64,000 bases of DNA from assembly GCA_041489255.1 (NCBI GenBank), contig JBGPQV010000011.1:1-64000 (forward strand), written 5' to 3'. How positions within the stretch are numbered: the stretch's first letter is position 1; each line of letters begins with the position of its first letter. The DNA is from Thermoplasmata archaeon (GTDB lineage Archaea > Thermoplasmatota > Thermoplasmata > RBG-16-68-12 > JAFNFQ01). The notes under the pieces were generated by a model. It was not told where the DNA came from. It saw only the letters and a program-made list of their open reading frames with translations, and ran no database searches. Shown piece after piece: positions 9,892-19,843 of the stretch. The position numbers and the translations under genes were made by a program.

Positions 9892-10734
9892 CCCGGTGAG
9901 CCTCTCGCTCACTTCCCACAATCGCTTGGCCAGTCCCTCATCGTGCGAGGAATTCGAGGACTGTACTTCCCTGCAATTGCTGAAGTACTTGCCGGTGACG
10001 CCCTCCACCTCTGGCGATGAAGCGAGATAGACGGCTGTCCGCGCACCTTCCTCAACTGACCGTCCCATGTGCCTGAAGAAGAAGCCGGATGGACCGCGGA
10101 TGTGACGCCCTAAATCGGTCTTCGTCATGCCAGGTGTGAAGCAGTTGGCGGTCACGCCAGTGCCCTTGAGTCTCCGGGCCAATTCGTAGGTGAAAAGCAC
10201 GTTCGCCAGCTTCGATCTCCCATAGGTCCCGAAGAGGCTGTAGCCTCGCTCTGCCTGGAGATTGTCGAAATCGATCTTTCCCCTAGTGTGTATGCCAGAG
10301 GATGTGTTGACGATCCTCGCCGGCGCACCGAGCTTGATGACGGCGAGAAGAAGGTTCGTGAGCAGGAACGGTGCGAGATGGTTGACGGCGAACTGCATCT
10401 CGAATCCGTCAGCACTGACCTCGCGTTTGGCGGGGATTGTGCCCGCGTTGTTCACGAGGACGTGGAGCCTCTGATGTCTGGACTTGAATTCGGAGACGAG
10501 GTCTCTGACTGCTTCGAGAGAGGAAAAGTCGACCGTCATGAGCGCCACGGAAGCATTTGGAACCTGAGTCAGAATCTCTTTCTGAGCAGCCTCCCCGCGC
10601 TCGCTGCTCTTTCCGACCATGACCACCGTCGCGCTCATCCGCGCAAGCGCCTTCGCGGTCTCTTTCCCGATCCCCGAGCTGGCTCCGGTGACCATGCAGA
10701 CCTTGCCGCGCATCAGAGCATTGTCAGAGACCAT
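9883..10734 (-). CDS. SDR family oxidoreductase (retinol dehydrogenase-like)
   Basis: TGASSGIG, NNAG and YGRSK catalytic motif. Confidence 0.93.
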   Translation of the reverse strand: MVSDNALMRGKVCMVTGASSGIGKETAKALARMSATVVMVGKSSERGEAAQKEILTQVPNASVALMTVDFSSLEAVRDLVSEFKSRHQRLHVLVNNAGTIPAKREVSADGFEMQFAVNHLAPFLLTNLLLAVIKLGAPARIVNTSSGIHTRGKIDFDNLQAERGYSLFGTYGRSKLANVLFTYELARRLKGTGVTANCFTPGMTKTDLGRHIRGPSGFFFRHMGRSVEEGARTAVYLASSPEVEGVTGKYFSNCREVQSSNSSHDEGLAKRLWEVSERLTGLS

Positions 10735-10787
10735 GATTGCTCACACTGAGACCACAGCACTGCTCCTGCTAGAACTTTGCCGATTGC

Positions 10788-11750
10788 TCAGACCGCTTCC
10801 ATGGTGGACGGCGGCTTCGGGGTGACGTTGTAGGTCACGCTGACCACGCCCGGCACCTCTCTCGTCGTCCTGTCGGCTATCCTCTGCAATGCCGAAAACG
10901 GGATGTTCGACGGCGTGGCAGTCCTCGCGTCCAGGCTGTCCCAGCACCTGATCTCTATCTGCTGGCCGAAGTCCCTTTTCCCGTCCCTCATCCCGGTGAC
11001 CTTGTCCTTGTGAAGGATGGCCATGTACTGGAACGCGCCGGACTTCGCGAGCTCCTCCTCGACTATGATGGTGGCGGCCCTGACTACCGCAATCCGTTCT
11101 GGCGTCACCTCTCCGATGACCCTGCCTGCCAAGGCCGGTCCCAGGAATGGCATCCGGTTGTAGATCTCCTCTGGCAGCCCGAGCGCCTTGCTGACCTTCC
11201 TGACGCCATCCTTCCTCAGCTGTATCAACGGCTCGAGGACCTGATAGCCAAACTCCTTCTCGGTGTCGATGCCGATCTGTGAGAGGATGTTGTGCTGCCT
11301 CTTGATTCCCGCAACGGTCTCATCGACGTCGGTGAGTATCGTTCCGTGCATCAGGAACTTCGCGCCGGTATCCCTGACAAGCTTTCCGAAGACGTCGCGG
11401 TAGAACGTCCTGGTGATCGCCTCTCTCTTCTGCTCCGGGTCCTCGATTCCCTTCAGCGCATTGAAGAACTGCTGTTTGGCATCGACCAGCTCGACCTTGA
11501 CGCCGAATTTCTTGAAGACGCTCACGACGCGTTGCGGCTCGCCCTCCCTCATTAGCCCGTGGTCCACGAAGACGGTCCTGAGGCGGTCGCCCAATGCCTC
11601 GTGGCCCAGCATGGTGACGGTCGACGAATCGACGCCACCTGAAAGGGCGTTAATCGCCAGCCCTTTACCCACGGTCTTTTTGATCTCCTCGACCTTCTCG
11701 GCGATGAACTTCTTCGAATCCAGCTCGCTTGCTTTGATTTCCTTAATCAA
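10788..11750 (-). CDS. guaAB: GMP synthase ATP-pyrophosphatase subunit B-like protein
   Basis: ALSGGVDSS PP-loop, VDHGLMR, C-terminal TPKPPSTME; no GATase domain; TTG start after a GGGTGG RBS. Confidence 0.85.
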   Translation of the reverse strand: MIKEIKASELDSKKFIAEKVEEIKKTVGKGLAINALSGGVDSSTVTMLGHEALGDRLRTVFVDHGLMREGEPQRVVSVFKKFGVKVELVDAKQQFFNALKGIEDPEQKREAITRTFYRDVFGKLVRDTGAKFLMHGTILTDVDETVAGIKRQHNILSQIGIDTEKEFGYQVLEPLIQLRKDGVRKVSKALGLPEEIYNRMPFLGPALAGRVIGEVTPERIAVVRAATIIVEEELAKSGAFQYMAILHKDKVTGMRDGKRDFGQQIEIRCWDSLDARTATPSNIPFSALQRIADRTTREVPGVVSVTYNVTPKPPSTMEAV

Positions 11751-12045
11751 CTCGCCACCCCGCCACGGGGATGTGATGATTGCGTATAAAGACATGATTC
11801 CCTGATGCACTGCCGTTCCGGCACGGCTGACATAGGGCATAGCTCGTCGGGAATATCGAGAGATGACCACGCCTCTGGGCCGAACCATGCGCCAAGAGAA
11901 TGCGAGGCATGGCGGGGCCGCACTCACCAGACCCTTGCCAGCCAAGCCTGGCCAGCGAATCTTTTTAACCCCTCCAGACGTATATCGTTCAAGGACATCC
12001 AGACCTTCTGAGAAGGGATAGGAAAGGGGCGGGGAGGACTAGTCT

Positions 12046-13830
12046 ATGATCGGGGTCGTGGCCATGCGAGTGGGACTATTGAAGCTGTCAATTGCCATGC
12101 TCCTCGTCTCTTCACTTTCTCTGGCGACGATCCAAGGATGGACGGCACCAACCTTCACCGAGGCCGGAAAGCCCGGCTTGGCGGGGGCCGGAGGATGGCA
12201 CTACTATACTGTCGACACGATCGGTCAGGTCGGCCCGTTCAACTCGCTCGCGGTCGACAAGTACGGAATCCCGCACATAAGCTATTTCGACGCCACGAAC
12301 TCCGATCTCAAGTACGCCACATGGACGGGGAGTAACTGGAGAGTGGAGACGGTTGACTCGGATGGATACGTGGGGACCGATACCTCCATCGCCGTCGACA
12401 GCCAGGGATACCCGCACATCAGCTACAGGGCGATCAACTCAAGCACGAACTGGAACGACCTGAAGTACGCCAGCTGGACCGGCAGCAGCTGGAAGATTGA
12501 GACGCTTGAAACCGCCTACAGCACCGCGTTCTACACCTCCCTGGTCATCGACAAGGATGACCGGCCTCACATCAGCTTCTACGAGGGTTGGTCAGGCTAC
12601 AGGATCCGCTACGCGACTTCGAATGGGAGCGGCTGGAGCATCGACACTGTTGACTACGTGAGCGGCACAATCACGCGCACCTCGCTCGCATTGGACAGCC
12701 TCGGTCACCCGCACGTCGCGTACTATGACGGGGTGCCGGACTACACGCTGAAGCACTCATGGTGGGACGGGACTGAGTGGAGGAACGAGACTCTCAGCGG
12801 CACCAGGTACGTCTGCGGGTATGCCTCTCTCGCCCTTGACGTATCTGATACCACGCACATGGCTTATCAGAACCTGATGAACAACAACATCAGGTACGCG
12901 AGCCATGTGAGCGGCGGCTGGAACACGACAACTGTCGACTCAGCGGGCGACGCATGCACGTTCGCGTCACTTGCCCTCGATGGAGCAGGGCGGGCGCACG
13001 TGGCATATTCGGAGACAATCCATCACAGCCTCAGATACGCCGAGGAAGCGACTGGCGGTTGGAATCCCGAGACGGTCAACGACACCGGTTTTGTCAGCTC
13101 GCACATTTCGCTCGCCTTGAATGTGAACGGCACACCGCGCATCAGCTACTATGACGAGACGGGCCAGGACCTCTTGTACGCCGCGAAGGACGAACTCGGT
13201 CCGGGACAGGTGCCGACGCTCTCATTTTCCCCGCCATTGCTGGACTTCGGAAATCTCCAGCAGGGGAGCACGAGCACGATGACCTTTGATGTCTGGAACT
13301 CTGGCGGCGGCACGCTCAACTACAGCCTCTATGAGAATCTCTCGTGGATAACTGCAGTGAGTCCGGCTAACGGGTCGAGCACGGGGAATGTCGATGCGGT
13401 GAACATATCGATAGACACGACCGGGGTCCCTGTCGGCCTTCATTCAGGTTCAGTGGAAATCGCCTCGAATGGCGGGAACGGGACTGTCGCCGTCACCGTG
13501 AACGTGACCGCACCGCCCCGCCAGGTCACTCTCAGGATCGAGCCGCGGACGCTCAACCTGAAGTCCAAGGGCAACTGGATAACCGCTCACCTCACGGTTG
13601 AGAAGGGGAGCGCGCGAGACATCAATGCCTCGACCCTGCTATTGAACGGAGTTGTCCCGCCAGCGTGGTGGAAGGTCACCAGCAACGACACGCTCCTCGT
13701 CAAGTTCGATCGCGCCGCCGTGCAGGCGATTCTGGCGGTGTCTGATTCGGTGGACATCGAAGTCGCGGGATACTTCTACGATGGCGGGAGTTTCGAGGCG
13801 CACGATGTGATCAGGGTCATCAATCCCTGA
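12046..13830 (+). CDS. Secreted beta-propeller repeat protein with BACON/Ig-like domains
   Basis: Signal peptide; about 7 repeats of SLAxDxxGxPHISY...LKYA; WNSGGGTLNY...W BACON-like domain. Confidence 0.8.
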   Translation: MIGVVAMRVGLLKLSIAMLLVSSLSLATIQGWTAPTFTEAGKPGLAGAGGWHYYTVDTIGQVGPFNSLAVDKYGIPHISYFDATNSDLKYATWTGSNWRVETVDSDGYVGTDTSIAVDSQGYPHISYRAINSSTNWNDLKYASWTGSSWKIETLETAYSTAFYTSLVIDKDDRPHISFYEGWSGYRIRYATSNGSGWSIDTVDYVSGTITRTSLALDSLGHPHVAYYDGVPDYTLKHSWWDGTEWRNETLSGTRYVCGYASLALDVSDTTHMAYQNLMNNNIRYASHVSGGWNTTTVDSAGDACTFASLALDGAGRAHVAYSETIHHSLRYAEEATGGWNPETVNDTGFVSSHISLALNVNGTPRISYYDETGQDLLYAAKDELGPGQVPTLSFSPPLLDFGNLQQGSTSTMTFDVWNSGGGTLNYSLYENLSWITAVSPANGSSTGNVDAVNISIDTTGVPVGLHSGSVEIASNGGNGTVAVTVNVTAPPRQVTLRIEPRTLNLKSKGNWITAHLTVEKGSARDINASTLLLNGVVPPAWWKVTSNDTLLVKFDRAAVQAILAVSDSVDIEVAGYFYDGGSFEAHDVIRVINP

Positions 13831-13880
13831 GCCGACGTCCCCTTTCCCGGGAAAAGACTTTAACCGCAATCGCGAATCCG

Positions 13881-14696
13881 TTGTCCCTCTGGGTGATTCG
13901 ACTGGCTTTGAGGCTTGTCCGACTTGACGAGGGCTTGGAGGAGAAGTTCTGGAACCATGTCAATCAGGATCCGCTCAACCATTACTTCTACATCCTCGAC
14001 TGGCGGTTCCAGAGGGCCGACACCAAGATCACTCTGGCCTTGGACAAGGAGAGAATCGAGGGCCTGATGCCTGTTTTCAAGGACACTATCGTCCAGCTCA
14101 GAGGGAGCCGCGAAGCCGTCCGATCTCTCGTGAAAGGACTAGAACTCCAAAAGATCGAATTGACAGCTCCCGCCAACTGCGGGGACATCATCTCCGAGTA
14201 CTACGCTGCACCTGCGACATACGAGATCATGATGATGCATCTCGACAAGGGACGGGAGACACCGCGGATCGTCCACCAGCCCGAGAAGCTCACTCCCGAT
14301 GATGCGGAGGACATCGCGCGCGTGGTGCGGGAGGCGAACTATGGGTGGTGGGACGATACGACGGCGGAGCGCGTCAGGAACTCGATCAAGGATAACTTCT
14401 GGGCCGGGATAAGGCGGGAGGGCAGGGTGGTCGCCATGGGGAGCGCGCGCTTTGTCGACATCGGCTGCAACATCGGGATTGTCGCGACCGATGAATCATA
14501 CAGGAACCAAGGCTTCGCCACATCCATCGTTTCACACCTGGTGAAGGAGATATTTACAAGGCATTCGAAGGCACTGATACATGTCCTCACGAACAACTCC
14601 CCTGCAGTCCACGTCTATTCAAGAGTAGGTTTCAGACCCTACGCATCCTTCTTCATGATCAGAAAAGGAGAGAGGGTTTCCGGGAACCAGAGCTAA
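13881..14696 (+). CDS. GNAT family acetyltransferase (C-terminal GNAT domain)
   Basis: ATDESYRNQGFA and NSPAVHVYSRVGF motifs; start uncertain. Confidence 0.85.
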   Translation: MSLWVIRLALRLVRLDEGLEEKFWNHVNQDPLNHYFYILDWRFQRADTKITLALDKERIEGLMPVFKDTIVQLRGSREAVRSLVKGLELQKIELTAPANCGDIISEYYAAPATYEIMMMHLDKGRETPRIVHQPEKLTPDDAEDIARVVREANYGWWDDTTAERVRNSIKDNFWAGIRREGRVVAMGSARFVDIGCNIGIVATDESYRNQGFATSIVSHLVKEIFTRHSKALIHVLTNNSPAVHVYSRVGFRPYASFFMIRKGERVSGNQS

Positions 14697-14732
14697 ACAT
14701 TTAACTAAGTGCTCCGTGGTTGCCTCGCATCT

Positions 14733-14806
14733 GCCACCGTAGCTCAGCCGGTTAGAGCGAGAGTTTCGTAAACTCTAGGCCAGGGGTTCGAATCCCTTCG
14801 GTGGCT
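14733..14806 (+). tRNA. tRNA-Thr(CGT)
   Basis: GCCACCG...CGGTGGC acceptor stem, D-arm TAGCTCAG, anticodon arm AGAGT-TTCGTAA-ACTCT, T-loop GGTTCGAATCC; no encoded CCA. Confidence 0.95.
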
Positions 14807-14919
14807 CTTCATCCAGCTCTGAAGGATTCGTCACTTGGACATGGACTCTATCGATGGTATCATTTCTGATAGCATCGCGGAGCCTCCGCACAGCAATTAA
14901 GTAGCCAAGATGCGATACA

Positions 14920-17289
14920 GTGATAGAAGGAGAGGGGACTCTGAGCGCATTCCTCGGCAAGCCTTTGGCATTCCTTGTGTCCCTGTGTTTGACTGTGACC
15001 GCGGCCGCTGCGATCGTGGACTTCACGACGCCTGATTCTGGATCTGGTGGCTCGACGATGTCAAGCCCGGACCCGCCCAAGACGACCGGTTTCGACAGCC
15101 CGGTGACCCCTGTCGTGGGCTCGCGGCCCCTGCTCGTCGTGCTGCTGCAGTTCAGCGACCTCCCGGCGGACGTGCCGGCGTCGTTCATCCAGACGCAGGT
15201 GCACGGCCCGCGCCCGAGCTTGAACGACTACTACCTGGAGACTTCCTACGGGATGTTCAGTTTCAGCAGCCTCGGCAACTTCGCGTGGGTCACCGCGTGG
15301 GATGACCCCGCCACGCCTGGCGACGAGTCCACAAGATCTTACTGGAGCAACCATTCCGACCCCGTATGGGGAGGCGGCTCGTTCCACTCCTGGGGCCTCA
15401 TCAGCCTCGATAAGGCAGGCTACGACTTCGCACCGCTCGACATCGACGGTGACGGCACGATCAACCTCGGGCCCGAGGTCGCTTACTTCCTCGTGGACTC
15501 GCAGTGGTCAGGAGCGCGAGGGGGAGCGACGAGAGGACAGCCACCGATCACCCTGGATGGCAAGTCAGTCACCGGAGCGAACGCCGGGATTTCCGAGGAC
15601 TCCCCGTGGATAACTCTCTTCGCGCACGAACTGGGCCACCAGACCCTTGGCCTCCCTGACTACTACGGCATCACGCCCCAGAACATCGGCGTCTTCACCC
15701 TCATGGGGTACAGCGGGACTGGCGGCTGGGCGGGGCCGATAGGCCCGCAGCAGCTCGACCCCTATTCGAAGATGAAGCTCGGATGGCTGACGCCAACCGT
15801 CGTGACGAACGACGGATTCTACGACATCCCCAACTCTGAGATGAACCCGGTCACGTACATACTCCATGAACCTGCCCGCGGCACTGACGAGTACTTCCTC
15901 GTGGAGAACAAGTGGCGGGGGACCTCATACGACAACAGCGAGGCGCTGATACCGCCATTGACCCCTCCAATGCCTCCCGCCCATGAGGGCGTCGGCATCC
16001 CGGACGAGGGGCTGTTGGTCTGGCACGTCGACGAGTCACGCGCCTGGGATGGAATGACGACCGGTGGCTATTCCAAGGTCGCCCTCGAACGCCGCGGGGG
16101 CGGTGACGACACCGCCGCTTGGAATGCCGACGACCCCGGATACTACGACCTCAACGATCGCTCCGCACCCGTGAACTCCAATTGGAACGGGGGCGCTTTC
16201 AGCAAGACCGGAATCTGGTGCGTGTCACCCGCTGGCGAGACCATGAGGGCCTGGCTGGACGTGCCGGGACCCGGGATACTCATCTGCTCGGGGCCACTGT
16301 CGGCCTCTGCCGTACCAGGAACCGCAACGATGATAACGGTCCCGTTACGGAATACCGGAGACGTCGCCGATACGTTCTCAATCTCGATGACCACGCCGCC
16401 GGACGTGAGCGCGACCCTCCCTTCCCCGGTGACCATCGCCCCCGGGGCATTCACCTCAGTCGACGTCCAGCTGACGCCCATAAGGGCATGCACGACGGCA
16501 CCTGGCCCGAGAACCGTCACCATCATCGCGAGCAGCACGACCGATCCCGCGGTGTCGAGTTCGACGACCGCGACATTGAATGTCCTCTCTTTCAGTGAAC
16601 CTTCCGCAGCCATGCCGGTGAGCGTGGCGGCAGTGGACCCGGGAATGACCGCGACCTACAACGTCGACATTGCGAACGGAGGCAACGACCTGGACTCGTT
16701 TTCACTGTATTTCGCGGGCCTCGACTTCGGCACGGCATACCGTGCTGACCCGACCGCGATACCAACCTCATGGGTCTCGTTCAGCCCGACCGATCCGTCT
16801 GCTCCCGCCTGCGGCATGACCTCGTCGGTTCTGACAATCGCCGTCCCGCCTGATTGGGCGGGGATGGAGGACGCCAGGTACGACTTCACCGTCACGGTCT
16901 CGGGTTCCATCACATCGGATACAGACACGGTCTCCGGGCAGCTGATCGTCCACGCCACGCCGGAGAGCATGATGTTCTACGTGAGGGTCGAGATAGTGAA
17001 CCTCATCGCAGACGTGCTCGCCCTCCCGCCAGCTGACGTGAGGGATGGCCTCTACAGCAAGGCGAACTCCACGCTGAACAAGTTCGATCAGGCCGTGGAC
17101 AGATACCTGATGGGCGGCGACCCTCCCGCCAGCAACCTCTTCAGGACGTGCCAGAACAAGCTCAACGCTTTCCTGCATCTTCTTGATGCGCAAAGAGGCA
17201 AGGCGCTGACCGTCGCCCAAGCCGACGATTTGGCGGGAAAGGCGCAACAGATAATCGACGACCTCGACGCAATCCTGGCGAAGATCTAG
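14920..17289 (+). CDS. M6 family (immune inhibitor A-like) secreted metalloprotease with NEW3-like Ig domains and helical C-terminal domain
   Basis: AHELGHQTLGLPDYY zinc motif, LMGYS Met-turn, KMKLGW and EYFLVEN. Confidence 0.88.
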   Translation: MIEGEGTLSAFLGKPLAFLVSLCLTVTAAAAIVDFTTPDSGSGGSTMSSPDPPKTTGFDSPVTPVVGSRPLLVVLLQFSDLPADVPASFIQTQVHGPRPSLNDYYLETSYGMFSFSSLGNFAWVTAWDDPATPGDESTRSYWSNHSDPVWGGGSFHSWGLISLDKAGYDFAPLDIDGDGTINLGPEVAYFLVDSQWSGARGGATRGQPPITLDGKSVTGANAGISEDSPWITLFAHELGHQTLGLPDYYGITPQNIGVFTLMGYSGTGGWAGPIGPQQLDPYSKMKLGWLTPTVVTNDGFYDIPNSEMNPVTYILHEPARGTDEYFLVENKWRGTSYDNSEALIPPLTPPMPPAHEGVGIPDEGLLVWHVDESRAWDGMTTGGYSKVALERRGGGDDTAAWNADDPGYYDLNDRSAPVNSNWNGGAFSKTGIWCVSPAGETMRAWLDVPGPGILICSGPLSASAVPGTATMITVPLRNTGDVADTFSISMTTPPDVSATLPSPVTIAPGAFTSVDVQLTPIRACTTAPGPRTVTIIASSTTDPAVSSSTTATLNVLSFSEPSAAMPVSVAAVDPGMTATYNVDIANGGNDLDSFSLYFAGLDFGTAYRADPTAIPTSWVSFSPTDPSAPACGMTSSVLTIAVPPDWAGMEDARYDFTVTVSGSITSDTDTVSGQLIVHATPESMMFYVRVEIVNLIADVLALPPADVRDGLYSKANSTLNKFDQAVDRYLMGGDPPASNLFRTCQNKLNAFLHLLDAQRGKALTVAQADDLAGKAQQIIDDLDAILAKI

Positions 17290-17365
17290 CGGAGACAGCT
17301 GTACTCCAGTCACATGACGGAAGATAGTCGAACCTCGGAAAGCCGGGCAGAGAGGATAATCCGTC

Positions 17366-18820
17366 TCAGGCCGGAGGCTTCGATTCGGGTTGCACTCTCC
17401 GCTTCGCTTTCCCGAATGGATGTTTATGGCCTGACCTCGCGGGCCATGGCATCTTCCTGAGGACGGTGTAGATGAACGCCGAAAGAAGGAAGGACGGGAT
17501 GCTGGCCCCGATTGAGAACCCGATGCCCTGGAAAGACGGAATCACGAGTCTCACGAGATCCGGCGTCAGCCAATAGTACAATACGACGCCAGGAATCCAC
17601 GCAGCGAATGCCCGCCATCTGACGCTTGGCGCCCCGCCATAGAATTCCTTGATGTCGTAGTTGCCTCTCCGGACGAGCCAGAAGTCGGCGAGTACTATCC
17701 CGAGCAGCGGGACGAAGAGCGCCCCGATCAGGTAGAGGAAATACTCGTAGCCGCCGCCGGTCAGCGGATCGCTGGCAGCCACCGCGGAGATGCGGTATGC
17801 CGCAACGAGGGAGATGACCGTGGCGATGACTATCACAACGAACTGCTTCGTCTTCTTCCTGATGTTCTGGAAGCTCAGAGCCGCTGAGTAGACGTCCGCA
17901 AAGGCGTTGTCCGCCTCGTCGACGAGGATGAGAAGGAGAGCCATGGAGCCCAGCCCCATCAGGCCGATCGCCGTTATCGCATCACCCGCTCCCGTCGAAA
18001 CGATCATGGCAGCCCCGAGGAAGAAGAAGAGGAAGTTGGCGAGCGTGTAGCCGAGGATCGTCCCTATGGCCGCATCCTTCCGGCTCCTCGCGAACCGGTT
18101 GTAGTCCGATATGAGGGGCCACCACGATATCGGCATCGCTATCACCAAGTCGATGGCGGGGAGGAAGTTGCCGCTGCCGCCTGGAGCGCAAGATGCAATG
18201 GGACTCCCGCCAGATACATCGAGGACACACCTGGCATCCCACGAGACCGGGTGCGAGAAGATCTGGTAGGCGATGATGACCGTCGAGATGAGGACGAGCC
18301 ATATCGCTATCTTCTCCAGCCAGGTCTTGATCACGACAAGTGGGCCGCCGACCGCGAGGGCGATGACGACAAGGGAGAAGATGCAGATCCAGAAGAGCAT
18401 GGTCCACCCTCCCAAGAACGGCCCTGACAGGATTGTCGCGGCATATCCCATGATGTAGAGCTCGAAGGCGGTCCAGCCGACCAGCTGGACTATGTTCAGG
18501 GCGGAGGGCACCCACGAGCCCTTTGTCCCCAAAATCGGGCGGAGGCTTACCATTGTGGGAACGCCGAATTTCGATCCGAAGACCCCCGCCCCAGCGAGCA
18601 CCGCCGCGCCGACAATCGAACCAAGGATTGCGGCGCCCATGGCTTCCCACAGCGTGAGCTTCGATTGGAAGATGAGCAGCGTGCCCGCGACGAAGACAAG
18701 CAGCCCCACAGCAAGGCTAGTCCAAAAAACAAATAGATCGAAGGTGCGGAGGATCCTTGCCTTCTCGGGAGTCGGATTCACCCCCCACTCCGGAGGCCGG
18801 CGAATACCGAGATTGCCCAT
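17366..18820 (-). CDS. cytX: NCS1 family permease, CytX-like (putative hydroxymethylpyrimidine transporter)
   Basis: About 12 TM, MPISWWPLISDYNRFA motif; divergent from the ThiN-domain regulator. Confidence 0.8.
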   Translation of the reverse strand: MGNLGIRRPPEWGVNPTPEKARILRTFDLFVFWTSLAVGLLVFVAGTLLIFQSKLTLWEAMGAAILGSIVGAAVLAGAGVFGSKFGVPTMVSLRPILGTKGSWVPSALNIVQLVGWTAFELYIMGYAATILSGPFLGGWTMLFWICIFSLVVIALAVGGPLVVIKTWLEKIAIWLVLISTVIIAYQIFSHPVSWDARCVLDVSGGSPIASCAPGGSGNFLPAIDLVIAMPISWWPLISDYNRFARSRKDAAIGTILGYTLANFLFFFLGAAMIVSTGAGDAITAIGLMGLGSMALLLILVDEADNAFADVYSAALSFQNIRKKTKQFVVIVIATVISLVAAYRISAVAASDPLTGGGYEYFLYLIGALFVPLLGIVLADFWLVRRGNYDIKEFYGGAPSVRWRAFAAWIPGVVLYYWLTPDLVRLVIPSFQGIGFSIGASIPSFLLSAFIYTVLRKMPWPARSGHKHPFGKAKRRVQPESKPPA

Positions 18821-18925
18821 ACCTCACCTTCGATCATCCAGCGTCATGTTTTTCTGATGATTAAGACTTTGTTGTAGAACACAGTGTTAAGTACTCGGTT
18901 TGACCTAACCCGACCGCGGGATAGC

Positions 18926-19843
18926 ATGAGACTGCCGGAGGAGACAGTTGCGGATTCGTTCCTCCCGACCTTTCGGTGCATGCTCGCGATGGAGCTGGCC
19001 TCTAGAGGATTGCGGGAGAGCAGGATCGCGGCCATGATGGGCCTGAGCCAGGCGGCGATCAGCAAGTACCGCCGCGGAACGACGAGGACGGAGAAGGCCT
19101 TCATGGAGGATGAAGCGACGGTGAAAACTGTCAAGAAGGTCGCGGACGGTCTGCATCAGGGGAAGATGTCGGAGCTACAGGTGCTCGCAATCGTCATGCA
19201 ATTGATCAGGAGCCAGGAGACGAGGGGTCTCATGTGCCGACTGCACGAACGGGAGTTCCCGATGATCGCCGGCACGGGGTGCAACCTCTGCATCGCGCCG
19301 AGCGGCGGCGACATGCTCGAGGAGGAGAACGTCCTCTCGAACCTTCGCTCCGCCCTGAGGATGCTGGAGTCCACGAAGGGGCTCCCCTCCATCATTCCGA
19401 ACGTCGGCATGAACATAGCAATGGCCAAGAAGAACGCGAGGGACCTGAAGGATGTCGCCGCTGTACCTGGAAGAATATACGAAGTGAGGGGCGGCGTGAA
19501 GGTCCCCGCGGCACCCGAGTTTGAGGCGTCGACTCACGTGGCGGGGTTGATCCTGGTCGCAAGGAGGTCGGATCCGAAGATCTTCGCAGGCATCAACATC
19601 AAGTTCTCCGAGGAAATCATCGCCGCGTGCACGGCATTGGGATGGAAGCCATTGGAGGTGAGAGGGGAATATCAAGGGAGGGAGGCGGAAATCGATGGCA
19701 AGATGTCCAAAGGGAAGTCACACGCGCAGGTCGTGTACCACAGAGGAGCCTTCGGCATCGAGCCGATGGTCTACATCGTGGGCGAGACGGCCATCGATGT
19801 CGTCGAAAAGGTGAGGACGCTTCTCTCCCAGCTAGCGGCCTAG
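18926..19843 (+). CDS. thiR: HTH-ThiN domain thiamine regulator (ThiR-like)
   Basis: N-terminal HTH (GLSQAAISKY), CxxH...CxxC, C-terminal ThiN domain (PNVGMNIA, GAFGIEP). Confidence 0.8.
   Translation: MRLPEETVADSFLPTFRCMLAMELASRGLRESRIAAMMGLSQAAISKYRRGTTRTEKAFMEDEATVKTVKKVADGLHQGKMSELQVLAIVMQLIRSQETRGLMCRLHEREFPMIAGTGCNLCIAPSGGDMLEEENVLSNLRSALRMLESTKGLPSIIPNVGMNIAMAKKNARDLKDVAAVPGRIYEVRGGVKVPAAPEFEASTHVAGLILVARRSDPKIFAGINIKFSEEIIAACTALGWKPLEVRGEYQGREAEIDGKMSKGKSHAQVVYHRGAFGIEPMVYIVGETAIDVVEKVRTLLSQLAA

Noticed and set aside
14733-17289. tRNA-Thr as the attachment site of an integrated element carrying the M6 protease
   Set aside because: No duplicated tRNA 3' end and no integrase seen in the window
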